From assembly GCA_964405845.1 (NCBI GenBank), contig CAYOPL010000012.1, positions 8,884-72,883 on the forward strand: a stretch of DNA of 64,000 nt, given 5' to 3'. How positions within the stretch are numbered: the first letter of the stretch is position 1; each line of letters opens with the position of its first letter. The DNA is from an uncultured Dehalococcoidia bacterium (lineage in GTDB: Bacteria; Chloroflexota; Dehalococcoidia; UBA6926). This document shows, in pieces, positions 1 through 10,266 of this stretch. Under the pieces are notes generated by a model. That model was not told the DNA's origin and did not search any database. It saw only the letters and a list, made by a program, of their open reading frames with translations. Position numbers and translations under genes: made by a program.

Positions 1-57
1 GGGCAGACAACAAGAACAGGATGAAGTTGGTCGCTAAGCTGTAGCAGCGAGGCTGGA

Positions 58-1296
58 ATGGTGAATCCCAAGCTAGCCCGAATAGCGTTTGCCGTATCTG
101 TCGGAACCGTGGCGTTGTTGGCTGGTTGCCTGCCTGAAATCACTCTACCCGGAGAAGGTGAGGTTGCGACTCCCGAGCCTGATGCAACGCAGGATCAAAC
201 TATCGAGACGCCGGGCGTTACACGTGATCAGGTTGTGTTCGGACAATCTGTCCGATTCAATGAGATCGGAACAGGCCTGCAAATTGGAATTGAAGCTGCG
301 TTCAACGAGATTAATTCTCGGGGTGGAGTGAACGGACGTAAGCTCAGCCTAATCACACTGGATGACGACTACGATCCGGCAAAGGCGCTCAGGAATATAG
401 ACCGGTTCATCGAACAGGATCAGATATTTGCGATTCTTGGTTCGTCCGGTACCCCAACAGTCCGTGCAGTTTTGCCGGTAACGATTGAGCAGGGAATGCC
501 GGTCATTGCCCCATATACGGGCGCGGAATTTTTACGTGAGGATGCGCCGGACAATGTCATAAACCTCCGCGCCTCCTACAAACAGGAAACGCAGGCGGTC
601 ATCGACTACTTGATTCACAGGCGGGAAGTAACACGCATTGCCTTGCTCTACCAGGATGATGCTTTCGGACGGAGTGGTTATGCAGGGGCGCGCCAGGCAC
701 TGAGAACACACGACATGGAACCCATCGCGGTGGGCCTCTACACCCCGGATACCAATGCCATCAAGTCAGCGCTGCTGGATATTGCGCCGGCCCACCCGGA
801 GGCGGTACTGCTGATTGGCACGTTTGAACCTGTTGTGGCCATGATCAAGTGGGCCAACCGTACAGGTTTACATACGCAGTTCTACACGGTTTCCGTGGCG
901 GGTAACAGACACCTGTTGGCACAGTTGGGGAACGGTGGCGCAGGAGTGTATGCAACACAGGTCATGCCCCTGGTAACCGCGGAGACTGAAGAGATAGTGC
1001 TGACCTTTGAGAACGCGCTTCGCGCCTATGACGAGAACGCTGAGGCGAATTTCTATTCGCTTGAAGGGTACATTGCAGGCAGGCTTGCTGCCGTGGGCAT
1101 TGCAGCCTGCCGCGAGGAACTGACCAGGGAATGCTTCCTACGGTCATTGCAGAACGCCCAGTTACTCAATATCGACGGGTTCAGGCTGCAGTTCGGGGAG
1201 AATGACAACCAGGGCTCGGATGCCGTATATCTCACTGTGATCGGCGCTGATGGCACTTATCAACCGGTTGAAACGCTGGTGGAGTCAGCATCATGA
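58..1296 (+). CDS. ABC-type (LivJ-like, type I periplasmic binding fold) substrate-binding lipoprotein
   Basis: Lipobox LLAG-C; motifs GIEAAFNEIN..GGVNGRK..DDDYDP, YQDDAFG and LEGYIAGRL are typical of branched-chain amino-acid-like binding proteins. Confidence 0.85.
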   Translation: MVNPKLARIAFAVSVGTVALLAGCLPEITLPGEGEVATPEPDATQDQTIETPGVTRDQVVFGQSVRFNEIGTGLQIGIEAAFNEINSRGGVNGRKLSLITLDDDYDPAKALRNIDRFIEQDQIFAILGSSGTPTVRAVLPVTIEQGMPVIAPYTGAEFLREDAPDNVINLRASYKQETQAVIDYLIHRREVTRIALLYQDDAFGRSGYAGARQALRTHDMEPIAVGLYTPDTNAIKSALLDIAPAHPEAVLLIGTFEPVVAMIKWANRTGLHTQFYTVSVAGNRHLLAQLGNGGAGVYATQVMPLVTAETEEIVLTFENALRAYDENAEANFYSLEGYIAGRLAAVGIAACREELTRECFLRSLQNAQLLNIDGFRLQFGENDNQGSDAVYLTVIGADGTYQPVETLVESAS

Positions 1297-3629
1297 AGAT
1301 TCCGTTGGTCAGAACAATTCGTGGATTGTTGCCAGGGGGTTCAGGGCAGTCAACCTCGGGTGATCGTGGTAGACAGGACACTGAATCAGAGGAATGGCAG
1401 GCGCCGCCCGTGAGCGGGATTTGGGGAAGGGTCCTGGGGCGCATTCGCATTGCGACGCAGTTGTATCTCAGTATCGGCGGCGCGGTTATGCTCACCTTGT
1501 TGGCCAGCTTGGTGGCGTGGTTCTCATTCAACAGCATCAACGATGCGCAGGATCAAGTAAATGAGGGCAGCGTGCCGGAACTGGCGTCCGCATTCGGTAT
1601 CGCCCAGTACGGACAAACTCTCGTCACCGCCGCGCCAAGTTTGACGGCTGCGGACAATCGGCAGGAATTTCTGCGGGTTGTTGGGGAAATCGACTCTGCT
1701 TATGACGAATTTGAGGACCAAATGGCCGCGCTGGAGGCTCAGCCTGGCGTTGACCCCGAGCGCATCCGTGTTATCAGGGATTACGCGAATACCCTTCTCT
1801 CAAACATCGACTCCATTGCGGCGCAAACAGACGGCACATTTGAATTAATTGATCTGCGCGGCGTTCACCAAATCAGACTCACCAATCTGGGAATCGAGCT
1901 CAATGGAGTCCTCGTCCCGGCCATAGACGACCAGTTCTTCTTCATCATGACGGGCTTTCCCAGCATCGATCAGAATCAAGCCCAACGGCTCGAGCATTTT
2001 TCCGAAGAGCAAGTCGAGAGGTACCGGCGTCTTGTTGAGATTCAATCAGATGTCAAGATTGGTGGTGAACAGTTAGCCAGCGCGTTCACAGCGACTGACC
2101 CTAGGCTCGTAGATTCCTTGAGAAACGAATTTGCGGCGGCGACGAGCAGAATTGACCGCAACATGGATTTCCTCATGGGTACAGAGGTCCATGAACAAGC
2201 CCAACCCATCTTGAATGAATTCTTTGCGTTGGGTCTCAGCGAGAACGGAATCTATGATGTCGTACTGCAATCACTTCAAATTGCAAATGCGCAGCGGCAA
2301 CTCCTCGAAAGTAACCGCGCCCTTTCCATTGAACTGTTGGCTGAAGTAGACGGCCTTGTCATAGCGTCACAGGAGGGCACCGTGACGGCTACGGCAGCCT
2401 CTGCCCAGGCAATACGCACCGGACGAATCCTCCTCGTTGTGATTACGGCACTGAGCGTGATTGGGGCGTTGCTGGTGATTTGGCTATTCATCGGTCGCAT
2501 CTTGCTCCGCCGCCTGAATACTTTGTCCAACCGCATGCAGAGCATGGCTGAGGGCGATCTGGAATCAGCAGTCGACATTGGCGGACAAGATGAAGTCGCT
2601 GTCATGGCGTCCGCGCTTGAGGTCTTCCGGAGGCACGCGCTGGAGGTTCAGCGCTTGAACCTCGTTGAGCAGCTCGCCAATGAATTGCAGGACAAGAATG
2701 AAGAACTTGAGGGAGTCCTGGGTGAATTGCGGCAAGCACAAGGTCAGATTGTCCTTAGAGAGAAACTGGCCGCGCTGGGTGAGCTGACGGCAGGCGTCGC
2801 CCATGAAATCCGCAATCCGCTCAACTTCATGAACAACTTCTCCGAGGCGTCTCAGGAACTCGTCGATGAACTCAAGGAGATTCTCGAAGATCCGAAATTT
2901 GAGATGACAGACGATCAGCGATCTTACGTCGATGAAGTCGTGGGTGACCTCCATGACAACCTCGGCCGGATTAAATCTCACGGTGACAGGGCCAATCGCA
3001 TCGTCCATGACATGCTCCAGATCGGCCGTGATACTGGTGAGTGGGAACAGGTTGATATGAACATCCTTGTCGACCAACAGTTCCGTCTCGCCTATCACAG
3101 CCAGCGCGCGACTGACGCCGACTTTAACCTGACGACGGAAGAGGACTACGACCCCAACATCGGCACAGTGGAAGTGATACCGCAAGAGTTGGGCCGTGTC
3201 TTCCTCAATATGGTAGCGAACGCGTGCTATGCTACGGATCTTCGTCGTAAGAACCTGGCTGCAGAAGGCCGGGAAAAAGAGTACGCCCCGATGGTCTGGC
3301 TAAAGACGCGCCGTGAAGAGGACAAGATACGTGTCACCATTCGGGACAACGGGGTTGGAATGCCGGACGAAGTTAAGGAAAAGATCTTCAATCCATTCTT
3401 CACCACGAAGCCTCCCGAGAAGGGGACTGGCCTCGGCCTTGCTATCTCAAATGACATCGTCCGGCGACATGGCGGATCCATCTCGGTGGAATCAGTGCCG
3501 AACGAGTTTACAGAGATGTACATTGATATCCCGCTGCAGTCTGTGAAGGACTTTACGGCGGAAGAGATGGCTGAGATGCAGGGAGGCGCTCCCCAGCAAG
3601 CCGAAACCGTTACCGCAGCAGACGATTAG
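1293..3629 (+). CDS. Membrane sensor histidine kinase with TorS-like extracytoplasmic domain and HAMP
   Basis: Two TM helices flank a large helical domain; HAMP; H-box GVAHEIRNPLNF; N/G1/F/G2 boxes (NMVANA, DNGVGM, IFNPFFTTK, GTGLGL); ATGA overlap with the upstream gene. Confidence 0.9.
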   Translation: MKIPLVRTIRGLLPGGSGQSTSGDRGRQDTESEEWQAPPVSGIWGRVLGRIRIATQLYLSIGGAVMLTLLASLVAWFSFNSINDAQDQVNEGSVPELASAFGIAQYGQTLVTAAPSLTAADNRQEFLRVVGEIDSAYDEFEDQMAALEAQPGVDPERIRVIRDYANTLLSNIDSIAAQTDGTFELIDLRGVHQIRLTNLGIELNGVLVPAIDDQFFFIMTGFPSIDQNQAQRLEHFSEEQVERYRRLVEIQSDVKIGGEQLASAFTATDPRLVDSLRNEFAAATSRIDRNMDFLMGTEVHEQAQPILNEFFALGLSENGIYDVVLQSLQIANAQRQLLESNRALSIELLAEVDGLVIASQEGTVTATAASAQAIRTGRILLVVITALSVIGALLVIWLFIGRILLRRLNTLSNRMQSMAEGDLESAVDIGGQDEVAVMASALEVFRRHALEVQRLNLVEQLANELQDKNEELEGVLGELRQAQGQIVLREKLAALGELTAGVAHEIRNPLNFMNNFSEASQELVDELKEILEDPKFEMTDDQRSYVDEVVGDLHDNLGRIKSHGDRANRIVHDMLQIGRDTGEWEQVDMNILVDQQFRLAYHSQRATDADFNLTTEEDYDPNIGTVEVIPQELGRVFLNMVANACYATDLRRKNLAAEGREKEYAPMVWLKTRREEDKIRVTIRDNGVGMPDEVKEKIFNPFFTTKPPEKGTGLGLAISNDIVRRHGGSISVESVPNEFTEMYIDIPLQSVKDFTAEEMAEMQGGAPQQAETVTAADD

Positions 3630-3655
3630 ACTTGCTTCTAATCATTTCTTGCCCG

Positions 3656-4510
3656 CTAGGACTCAGGCTTTATTTCTTGGGAAACTGCGGGTGAGTCCCA
3701 ATCGTGAGCCCTAACCGGCCCGGATGTTGTCTTGAAGGTTCCGACAAGATCGGACACGCGATGTTCCTCTAGGTCGGAAGGGAGGCGGGCTAAGTTCACC
3801 GTAGGCGGGAGCACAATGCCGCCGGAGAAGACCAATTTCATTGCGTCATCGGGATTAAGATTCGTTTCGATGACATCGTCTTCGAAGACGAACGCCATAT
3901 TCCCGGAAGTGGGATTAGGAATCGTTGGGACATAGACGGTGACCATTGAGGTATGTGTCTCCGGGTCATAGATGCGTCCTGTGACAAAACCAAGTGCCAT
4001 CATTCCTTCACGAGGCCATTCAATAAAGACGACGCGGTTGAAATTCGTCTTTGTGCTGCTGATGGAAGCCATGGCCTGCCTCATCACGCCGAAGACGACC
4101 CTCACAACGGGCAACGCGGCCAGAACTGCGCTGAAGCCGTCCATAACCTTACGGCCGGCAGTGAATGAAATTAGAAGGCCAACCAGGTAGAAAAGGAGGA
4201 GCAACACGATCGCGCCAACTCCCCAGAAGTCAAGGCCCAGGCTGATGTCTATCGCTCCGATTGTGATGTCGAGCGTCGGTAGATCCAGTAGTCGGATGAG
4301 CGGTCTGATCAGGGTGTCCGCATAGCCCACAAGGAATGCAACGACGCCGATCGTGACAAGCAACGGGACAAGTTCAAAGAGGCCATCCATGAGGCGCCTC
4401 TGAATGTGTTGCTCTACCGATGAGATTGTGCTCTTCTTGCGGCCTGCCTCCCCCTCTGTCACTGCGTCCACATCAGTGGAGGTTCCCATACCGCTGTCAT
4501 CGTTACTCAA
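3656..4510 (-). CDS. DUF502 family membrane protein
   Basis: Two N-terminal TM segments, VVFIEWPR, and the signature VYVPTIPNPTSG ... AMKLVFSGG. Confidence 0.85.
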   Translation of the reverse strand: MSNDDSGMGTSTDVDAVTEGEAGRKKSTISSVEQHIQRRLMDGLFELVPLLVTIGVVAFLVGYADTLIRPLIRLLDLPTLDITIGAIDISLGLDFWGVGAIVLLLLFYLVGLLISFTAGRKVMDGFSAVLAALPVVRVVFGVMRQAMASISSTKTNFNRVVFIEWPREGMMALGFVTGRIYDPETHTSMVTVYVPTIPNPTSGNMAFVFEDDVIETNLNPDDAMKLVFSGGIVLPPTVNLARLPSDLEEHRVSDLVGTFKTTSGPVRAHDWDSPAVSQEIKPES

Positions 4511-4631
4511 CGGCCCCCCCTGTGTTCAAATATGAATAAGTCCTGTCAACCACGCTGATGCGAGCGGCAAGCACAGTTACTGGCTGCGAACGTACTCTAG
4601 CATATGCCTGCCTGACTGGGATGGATGATAT

Positions 4632-4706
4632 TGGAGCCAGCGATCGGATTTGAACCGATGGCCTGCGGTTTACGAAACCGCTGCTCTACCCCTGAGCTAC
4701 GCTGGC
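4632..4706 (-). tRNA. tRNA-Thr(CGT)
   Basis: Reverse complement folds as a cloverleaf: acceptor GCCAGCG/CGCTGGC, anticodon arm GCGGT-TTCGTAA-ACCGC, T-loop TTCAAAT, encoded CCA. Confidence 0.96.
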
Positions 4707-4789
4707 TTGAAATATATTCCACAATCGGGAAATACGGTGGGCGAACCCGTAATTCAATTCTACCAAATGAGTCCTGTATCCTTGGCTGA

Positions 4790-5404
4790 ATGAGACCTCG
4801 TTCAATAGCCGTTCTTGGCATCATTGTGGCCTTCATCGTATTCACTCTTGGAGCGTGCAGCTCCCTTGGCTCTGCAACATCTATCCCGTCACCTGATTCC
4901 CCGCGTCCGGATATTCGTGTTCTCCCGCCAACAGTCACTGCAGCACCTTCTCCAACTCCGACCCTCATTGCAACTCCCACACCGTCACCACTTGAACGGG
5001 GATTTCTGGTCATTGAGAACGTGGAGGACCCGGCATCAATCCGGGAGACGTCCCTCAGGGGCCACGTCTTTGTACTGGAAATTGCGGCCACTCCGGCTGA
5101 GCGGGCGCGCGGTCTGATGCATCGTGAAAATCTTGCAGAAAACGCGGGAATGCTCTTCGTCTTTTCGCAGGAATCCCCCCTCAACTTCTGGATGAAGAAC
5201 ACCCTGATTCCCCTGGACATCCTTTACATGGACTCTACCGGAGTTGTTGTGGACATCCAGACAATGACCCCACAGCCGGGCGCTCCGGATTCTGAGCTCA
5301 GAACCTATCCGAGCGCCGCTTCGGCGCAGTACGCGTTAGAGATTAACGCCGGCCTTGCTGAATCACTTGGTTTCGCGGTAGGGAACCAAGCCTACTTCCG
5401 CTGA
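4790..5404 (+). CDS. DUF192 family lipoprotein
   Basis: Lipobox LGA-C, Pro/Thr linker, and motifs RARGLM, GMLFVF, FWMKNTLIPLDI, ALEINAG. Confidence 0.9.
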   Translation: MRPRSIAVLGIIVAFIVFTLGACSSLGSATSIPSPDSPRPDIRVLPPTVTAAPSPTPTLIATPTPSPLERGFLVIENVEDPASIRETSLRGHVFVLEIAATPAERARGLMHRENLAENAGMLFVFSQESPLNFWMKNTLIPLDILYMDSTGVVVDIQTMTPQPGAPDSELRTYPSAASAQYALEINAGLAESLGFAVGNQAYFR

Positions 5405-5424
5405 TTGATTGTGAATGTGAACGC

Positions 5425-6078
5425 TCAACTCGCAGCGTTTCTGCTTCGCTCACCCCGACCTTTGGCGAACTTTGCAGCTTCCCGAGCCAGAGCAGCGATC
5501 CCCGTTGTCGGCACTGTAATTGTGCGCGGCCCCGCATAGAGATTCGTTACACGGTGTTGCGCCGGAGTCCCGGCCCAGATTAGGATCACATCGCCCCATT
5601 TCAAGTCGCTTGACGCATCCCGCTGATTGGCGTTGCCAAGCCCGTTAACGAATCGCCATTCAACCCACTTAGGCGCAATTTGACGTATTCGCGCCCACTT
5701 TGGATTGGTGCCGCCCACGACGACTGCCCGCGAAAGTCCGGCTCCACTCATGGCTGTGGCCATCTCATTCAGAGCTCGCCGGTCAACAGAGCCGCCGCAC
5801 ACCTCGCAGGCATCTCGCTCTACCAGGATGAGTGCGCGGGGATCAGAAACTTGCTGCTCCTGCTCATGTAAGGTCTCCCGACACCCCGGGTTCGCGCAGT
5901 GAAGTGCCAGCCGTGCTTCAAGAGCTTCCTCAGCGCCCGGCTCCTTGTGGACGGCCATATTGGTCCTTCCGGCGCGGGTGAACCCTGCATCCTCCAAAAC
6001 TGCGCGTGCAATAACTTGCTGCTCCGCGCCGGAGATGCCCAGCGAGTTCAGAAAGACCGTTATGGGTCGATTCTTCAT
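5425..6078 (-). CDS. Hypothetical protein with Cys pairs and a DUF2325-like C-terminal domain
   Basis: CANPGC and CEVCGG pairs; C-terminal VVVGG...DVILIW..H pattern; start set at MKNRP, which follows a -10-like GATAAT. Confidence 0.6.
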   Translation of the reverse strand: MKNRPITVFLNSLGISGAEQQVIARAVLEDAGFTRAGRTNMAVHKEPGAEEALEARLALHCANPGCRETLHEQEQQVSDPRALILVERDACEVCGGSVDRRALNEMATAMSGAGLSRAVVVGGTNPKWARIRQIAPKWVEWRFVNGLGNANQRDASSDLKWGDVILIWAGTPAQHRVTNLYAGPRTITVPTTGIAALAREAAKFAKGRGERSRNAAS

Positions 6079-6199
6079 GCATCCATTATCGAGGATGCCG
6101 CAAGGATGACATGGCATTGGATGGTGCAGGGCGGGTGTGTTGCGACTATGGCGCAGAAGGAGCGTGTTATGGCTATAGTGGAAGAGGCGAAGGTGTCAC

Positions 6200-6275
6200 G
6201 CCCCCATCGTCTAGTGGCCTAGGACTGCGGCCCTTCAAGCCGCCGACAGGGGTTCGAGTCCCCTTGGGGGCACCA
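6200..6275 (+). tRNA. tRNA-Glu(TTC) with atypical C33
   Basis: Acceptor GCCCCCA/TGGGGGC, anticodon arm GCGGC-CCTTCAA-GCCGC, T-arm AGGGG-TTCGAGT-CCCCT, encoded CCA. Confidence 0.92.
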
Positions 6276-6285
6276 ACATAACCCG

Positions 6286-6537
6286 CTAATTTGGGTAATC
6301 CGCGAGGCCCGGTCCCTCTTCCATGTCCGCGACCATGTCCGCTGTTGTCACGGCCTTGGCCCATTCAAGCAGCCCAATCTGCTCATAGCCGTTGACGCCG
6401 CGTGATTCCATGCTCATCACCGGCTCGTGCGTGGGATCCTCGTGTTCACACAGCATCTTTCGGATGAGCACGAAGCCCATGAGATCCTGGTCTAGGATCG
6501 TTCCGTGTTCCTTTGTCGAAATCGTAATGCGATACAT
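6286..6537 (-). CDS. Small acidic hypothetical protein
   Basis: GGGAGG Shine-Dalgarno before ATG at 6537; fills the gap between tRNA-Glu and the PHP gene. Confidence 0.6.
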   Translation of the reverse strand: MYRITISTKEHGTILDQDLMGFVLIRKMLCEHEDPTHEPVMSMESRGVNGYEQIGLLEWAKAVTTADMVADMEEGPGLADYPN

Positions 6538-6730
6538 GCGAGCCTCCCGCGAGAGCGCCTTGGTCAAGTACAGCCTACCCGATTCGTCTACAGTGCGCCC
6601 CACTGCCGCCATTCTGTTTGAGAGACTGAATCCTGCCCTAGGAAGAGTGGATCAACATACCCCAAGAGCCGTCCCTCTGTTAGCGTTCAGTTACGGCGTT
6701 CCTGTAGAATGCAAGGGCTGAAATCTCATC

Positions 6731-7432
6731 ATGAAATTGGATCTCCACGTACACACAAACTTTGGCTCATCCGACAGCGGCCTTTCGCCTCAGGACCTCG
6801 TGATGGCCGCCAAGGCCGTCGGACTTGATGGTGTGTGCGTTACCGAACACGGTACGGTCTGGGACTCCTATCAGCTTGAACGCTTCTCCGCCGAGCATGA
6901 CTTCCTCGTTATTCCCGGCATGGAAGTTGCCACGGACCTGGGGCACATCACCTGCTTTGGCCTGACAGGATATTCATCCGGGATTCACCGCGCAGAGATT
7001 CTAAGAAGAGTTGTGCAGGCGTCGGACGGCATCATGATCGCCGCACACCCCTTTCGCCGCCTGTTTGACGATCCGCGTATCAACGGCTGGCCGAAGATGT
7101 ACACCGTTGAAGAGGCGGCCGATCTCCCCATCTTCAAGCTGACTGACGAAATGGAAGTCGTGAACGGTGCGAATAACGCCCAGGAGAACCTCTTTGCTCT
7201 GCAAGTTGCCCAGATGCTCGGCCGTACGGGCGTAGGCGGCGGAGACGCCCATTCCACGTCAGGCATTGGCTCCGGAGCCATCGTAACGGAACGGCATGTC
7301 TCCAACGTGGAAGAATTCATTGAGGAAATCCGGGAGGGCCGCTATTACCCCACCGGCGCACTGCTCAAGGGCAGCGATATTTCCTATTGGGATGAGCGGG
7401 CCGGAGACCTTGCCGCAGTAGGCGTGAGATGA
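6731..7432 (+). CDS. PHP domain phosphoesterase
   Basis: DLHVHT, VCVTEH, GMEV...GH, AAHP and GGDAH metal-binding motifs. Confidence 0.9.
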   Translation: MKLDLHVHTNFGSSDSGLSPQDLVMAAKAVGLDGVCVTEHGTVWDSYQLERFSAEHDFLVIPGMEVATDLGHITCFGLTGYSSGIHRAEILRRVVQASDGIMIAAHPFRRLFDDPRINGWPKMYTVEEAADLPIFKLTDEMEVVNGANNAQENLFALQVAQMLGRTGVGGGDAHSTSGIGSGAIVTERHVSNVEEFIEEIREGRYYPTGALLKGSDISYWDERAGDLAAVGVR

Positions 7433-10266
7433 CTGCCTCAAGCGCGTCGGGCAGCACTTCATTTCCTCTGACGTTCGTCTCGCTTGACTTGGAAACCACA
7501 GGGCTGAGCGCGGAAAGCGATCGCATAATTGAGGTCGGCGCAGTCAAGGTTGAGGAAGGCCGGATTGTCGAGAGCTTCCAGCGGCTCATCAATCCCGGCC
7601 ATGCCCTCCCTGATTTCGTTTCCGTTCTAACCGGCATCACGGACGCTGATCTTGTCGGAGCGCCACCGTTCACTGATATAGCGGACGAGCTTGCTGCATT
7701 CATCGGCGACCTGCCCATGGTGGGACAGAACTATCAATTCGATCTTGGATTCCTGAATGCGAATGGCGTGAAGCCAAGTGGCCCTGTGTTCGATACGTTG
7801 GACCTTTCCCGAATCTTGAGGCCATCTGCAGCCAATCATTCCCTCGGATGGCTCATCGAAGAATTGGAAATCGTCAATGAAAACCCACACAGGGCGCTTG
7901 CAGACGCAGAGGCAACAGCGAAGGTCTTTCTCACCTTCTGGGACATGGTTCTTTCCCTCAACCCGGCCACTTTGGCGATGATTCGTTCACTCTCTGACCG
8001 TGCGCTGGGCGACTGGAGAACGGGTCCGGTTTTTGAATTGGCTGCGCAGCAACGAGAAATTCCCAGCGACGGGCCTGAGCAGGTTATCCAACGACTGACT
8101 GAAAGACTAGGCAAGCCGAGCGTCGAATCCGAGACACGACAGCGAAAACTGCCCACAACGCAGGATGGAGCGGCGGCCATTGGGGAGGCATTCGAGGCAG
8201 ACGGCGGGCTCGCCCGAGCGCTTGGAGACTCGTATGAGCCCCGGACCCAACAACTGGAGATGGCGCAGGCAGTAGTGGCCATCCAGGAATCGGAGCGAAC
8301 ACTGCTCCTTGAGGCCCCACCCGGTACAGGCAAATCCTTAGGCTATCTGATCCCCGCCATTTGGCGTGCGGAGGCTGCTGAAGAACAGGTCGTCGTCGCC
8401 ACGTCCACTCGAGGCTTGCAGGAACAGCTCGCCACCAAGGACGTTCCAATCGCTCTGCGGGCACTCGGTCTGACACTGGATGAAGTCCGTGTGGCTGTGC
8501 TTAAGGGCAGGGGAAACTACCTGTGCATATCGCGGTTGCTCTCGCGGCTCGGCAGCCTTGAGGTGACTCCCGGAGAGGCCGCGTTCTTTGCCCGGTTGAT
8601 GGTCTGGCTCGAATCGACCGAAAGCGGCGATTTGGGCGAGCTGCCCATGGGTGAACAGGAGGCGGCGCGTTGGTCAACCCTGTCCGCAGGCTCCGAAGAG
8701 GGACACAGGAACTGCGCCTATGAGCGTGAGGGGTTGTGCTTCATTGGCCGGGCACGAAGAGCCGCGCAGGCTGCCCATCTTGTCATCACAAACCATGCGC
8801 TTCTCATGGCGGACTCATCTTCCGGCGGCAACGTTTTAGGTGAAATCCCTCACGTGATCCTTGATGAGGCGCACAACCTTGAACGCGAAGCCACCGACCA
8901 CTATAGCCGCAGCGTCGCTCACAGCGAGGTTAATGAGCTACTCAACTCACTTGGCTCGGATTCAGAAGACGGAAGGCCACGACTGATCACGGCGGTGCTG
9001 GGCTCAGCGGGTTCATCCGCCGGAGCAGCAGCACAAGCGATGGACGCCGCGGGCGCTGAGGTTGCTGCGGCAGCTCACGGCGCGGCTACCCGGGCGGGTC
9101 AGTTCTTCAGTGCCGTTGGAGCTATCGCCGCTGGGTCACGCTCAGATCGCGGCGGTGATTCCCAGGTGCGGCTCATACAGCGTGTCCGAGAAACAGATGA
9201 GTGGCGTGAGGCCGCGAAGGCATGGGAGGACCTAGACGCAACTCTCGCTGGAGTTGCCGATTTGGTCGATTCGCGGCTGAGGTCGGCGCTGCAAACGCAG
9301 CAAGCTTGGCAAGGCCCATCAACCGACGTGGACGACGTTGTGAGGCGTATCGCTGACGTTCGAGCACGATTGATGAACGTGATGAGAGATGTGAATCCTG
9401 ACGACGACATCACATGGCTTGAAACTCCGCGTGATCAACGCGGTAGTCTCTCGCTGCATTGGGCGCCGATGTCCGTTGCCCCGCACCTCGCGTCCGGTCC
9501 TTTCGCCGACCGCAAGTCGATTGTCCTCTCCAGCGCAACGCTAACGACGGATGATTCATTTGGATTCATCACTGACCGGTTGGGACTTGAGGAACCGGAA
9601 ACGCTGCAAGTGAGACTCACGCTGGGGCCGGAGGATGCAGCGGCGGCAATGGTCCCTGCTGACGTGCCGGACCCGAACAACAATGCCTACGGCAAAGCCG
9701 TTCAGCAGGCCGTCATTGATGTTGCCACAGCGACAGGCGGCGGTGTACTGGCATTGTTCACCTCGCACGCCTCTTTGCGCCAGACCTATACGAAGGTCAG
9801 TTCCGAACTGCGCGAGCGCGGCATCAACGTTCTCGGGCAGGGGATTGATGGCGCGCCGGATCGGCTGGCGGAAATCGCTCGACTTCGCAAGGGAATCGTC
9901 ATCCTCGGCGCGGCAGCATTCTGGGAAGGCGTCGATCTGCCGGGCGACGCGCTAAAGGCGCTCATCGTCACCCGCCTCCCGTTTGACGTGCCATCCGACC
10001 CGATAATCGCGGCGCGTGGCGAAACATATGAGAATTCCTTCAGCGAGTTCCAGATTCCGCGGTCGCTGCTGCGGTTCAAGCAGGGCGTCGGGCGACTGCT
10101 CCGAAGTACGAAAGACCAGGGCGTGATTATCGTTCTGGATTCACGGGTGCTAAACCGCGCGTACGGCGCGGCGTTTATCGATGCGCTCCCCACGTCCAAC
10201 GTACAGACGCCCACGCTTGATCGACTGGGCGATGAGGTACGGGACTGGTTCAACGCCGATGAGTAG
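7429..10266 (+). CDS. dinG: DEDDh 3'-5' exonuclease fused to DinG family helicase
   Basis: N-terminal DLETTG..IIEVG and HRALADA; Walker A EAPPGTGKS; LDEAH; SSATL; FWEGVD; QGVGRLLR. Confidence 0.92.
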   Translation: MTASSASGSTSFPLTFVSLDLETTGLSAESDRIIEVGAVKVEEGRIVESFQRLINPGHALPDFVSVLTGITDADLVGAPPFTDIADELAAFIGDLPMVGQNYQFDLGFLNANGVKPSGPVFDTLDLSRILRPSAANHSLGWLIEELEIVNENPHRALADAEATAKVFLTFWDMVLSLNPATLAMIRSLSDRALGDWRTGPVFELAAQQREIPSDGPEQVIQRLTERLGKPSVESETRQRKLPTTQDGAAAIGEAFEADGGLARALGDSYEPRTQQLEMAQAVVAIQESERTLLLEAPPGTGKSLGYLIPAIWRAEAAEEQVVVATSTRGLQEQLATKDVPIALRALGLTLDEVRVAVLKGRGNYLCISRLLSRLGSLEVTPGEAAFFARLMVWLESTESGDLGELPMGEQEAARWSTLSAGSEEGHRNCAYEREGLCFIGRARRAAQAAHLVITNHALLMADSSSGGNVLGEIPHVILDEAHNLEREATDHYSRSVAHSEVNELLNSLGSDSEDGRPRLITAVLGSAGSSAGAAAQAMDAAGAEVAAAAHGAATRAGQFFSAVGAIAAGSRSDRGGDSQVRLIQRVRETDEWREAAKAWEDLDATLAGVADLVDSRLRSALQTQQAWQGPSTDVDDVVRRIADVRARLMNVMRDVNPDDDITWLETPRDQRGSLSLHWAPMSVAPHLASGPFADRKSIVLSSATLTTDDSFGFITDRLGLEEPETLQVRLTLGPEDAAAAMVPADVPDPNNNAYGKAVQQAVIDVATATGGGVLALFTSHASLRQTYTKVSSELRERGINVLGQGIDGAPDRLAEIARLRKGIVILGAAAFWEGVDLPGDALKALIVTRLPFDVPSDPIIAARGETYENSFSEFQIPRSLLRFKQGVGRLLRSTKDQGVIIVLDSRVLNRAYGAAFIDALPTSNVQTPTLDRLGDEVRDWFNADE

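Noticed and set aside
4632-6275. Possible genomic island anchored at tRNA-Thr or tRNA-Glu
   Set aside because: No integrase, no duplicated tRNA 3' end and no obvious composition shift were seen by eye.
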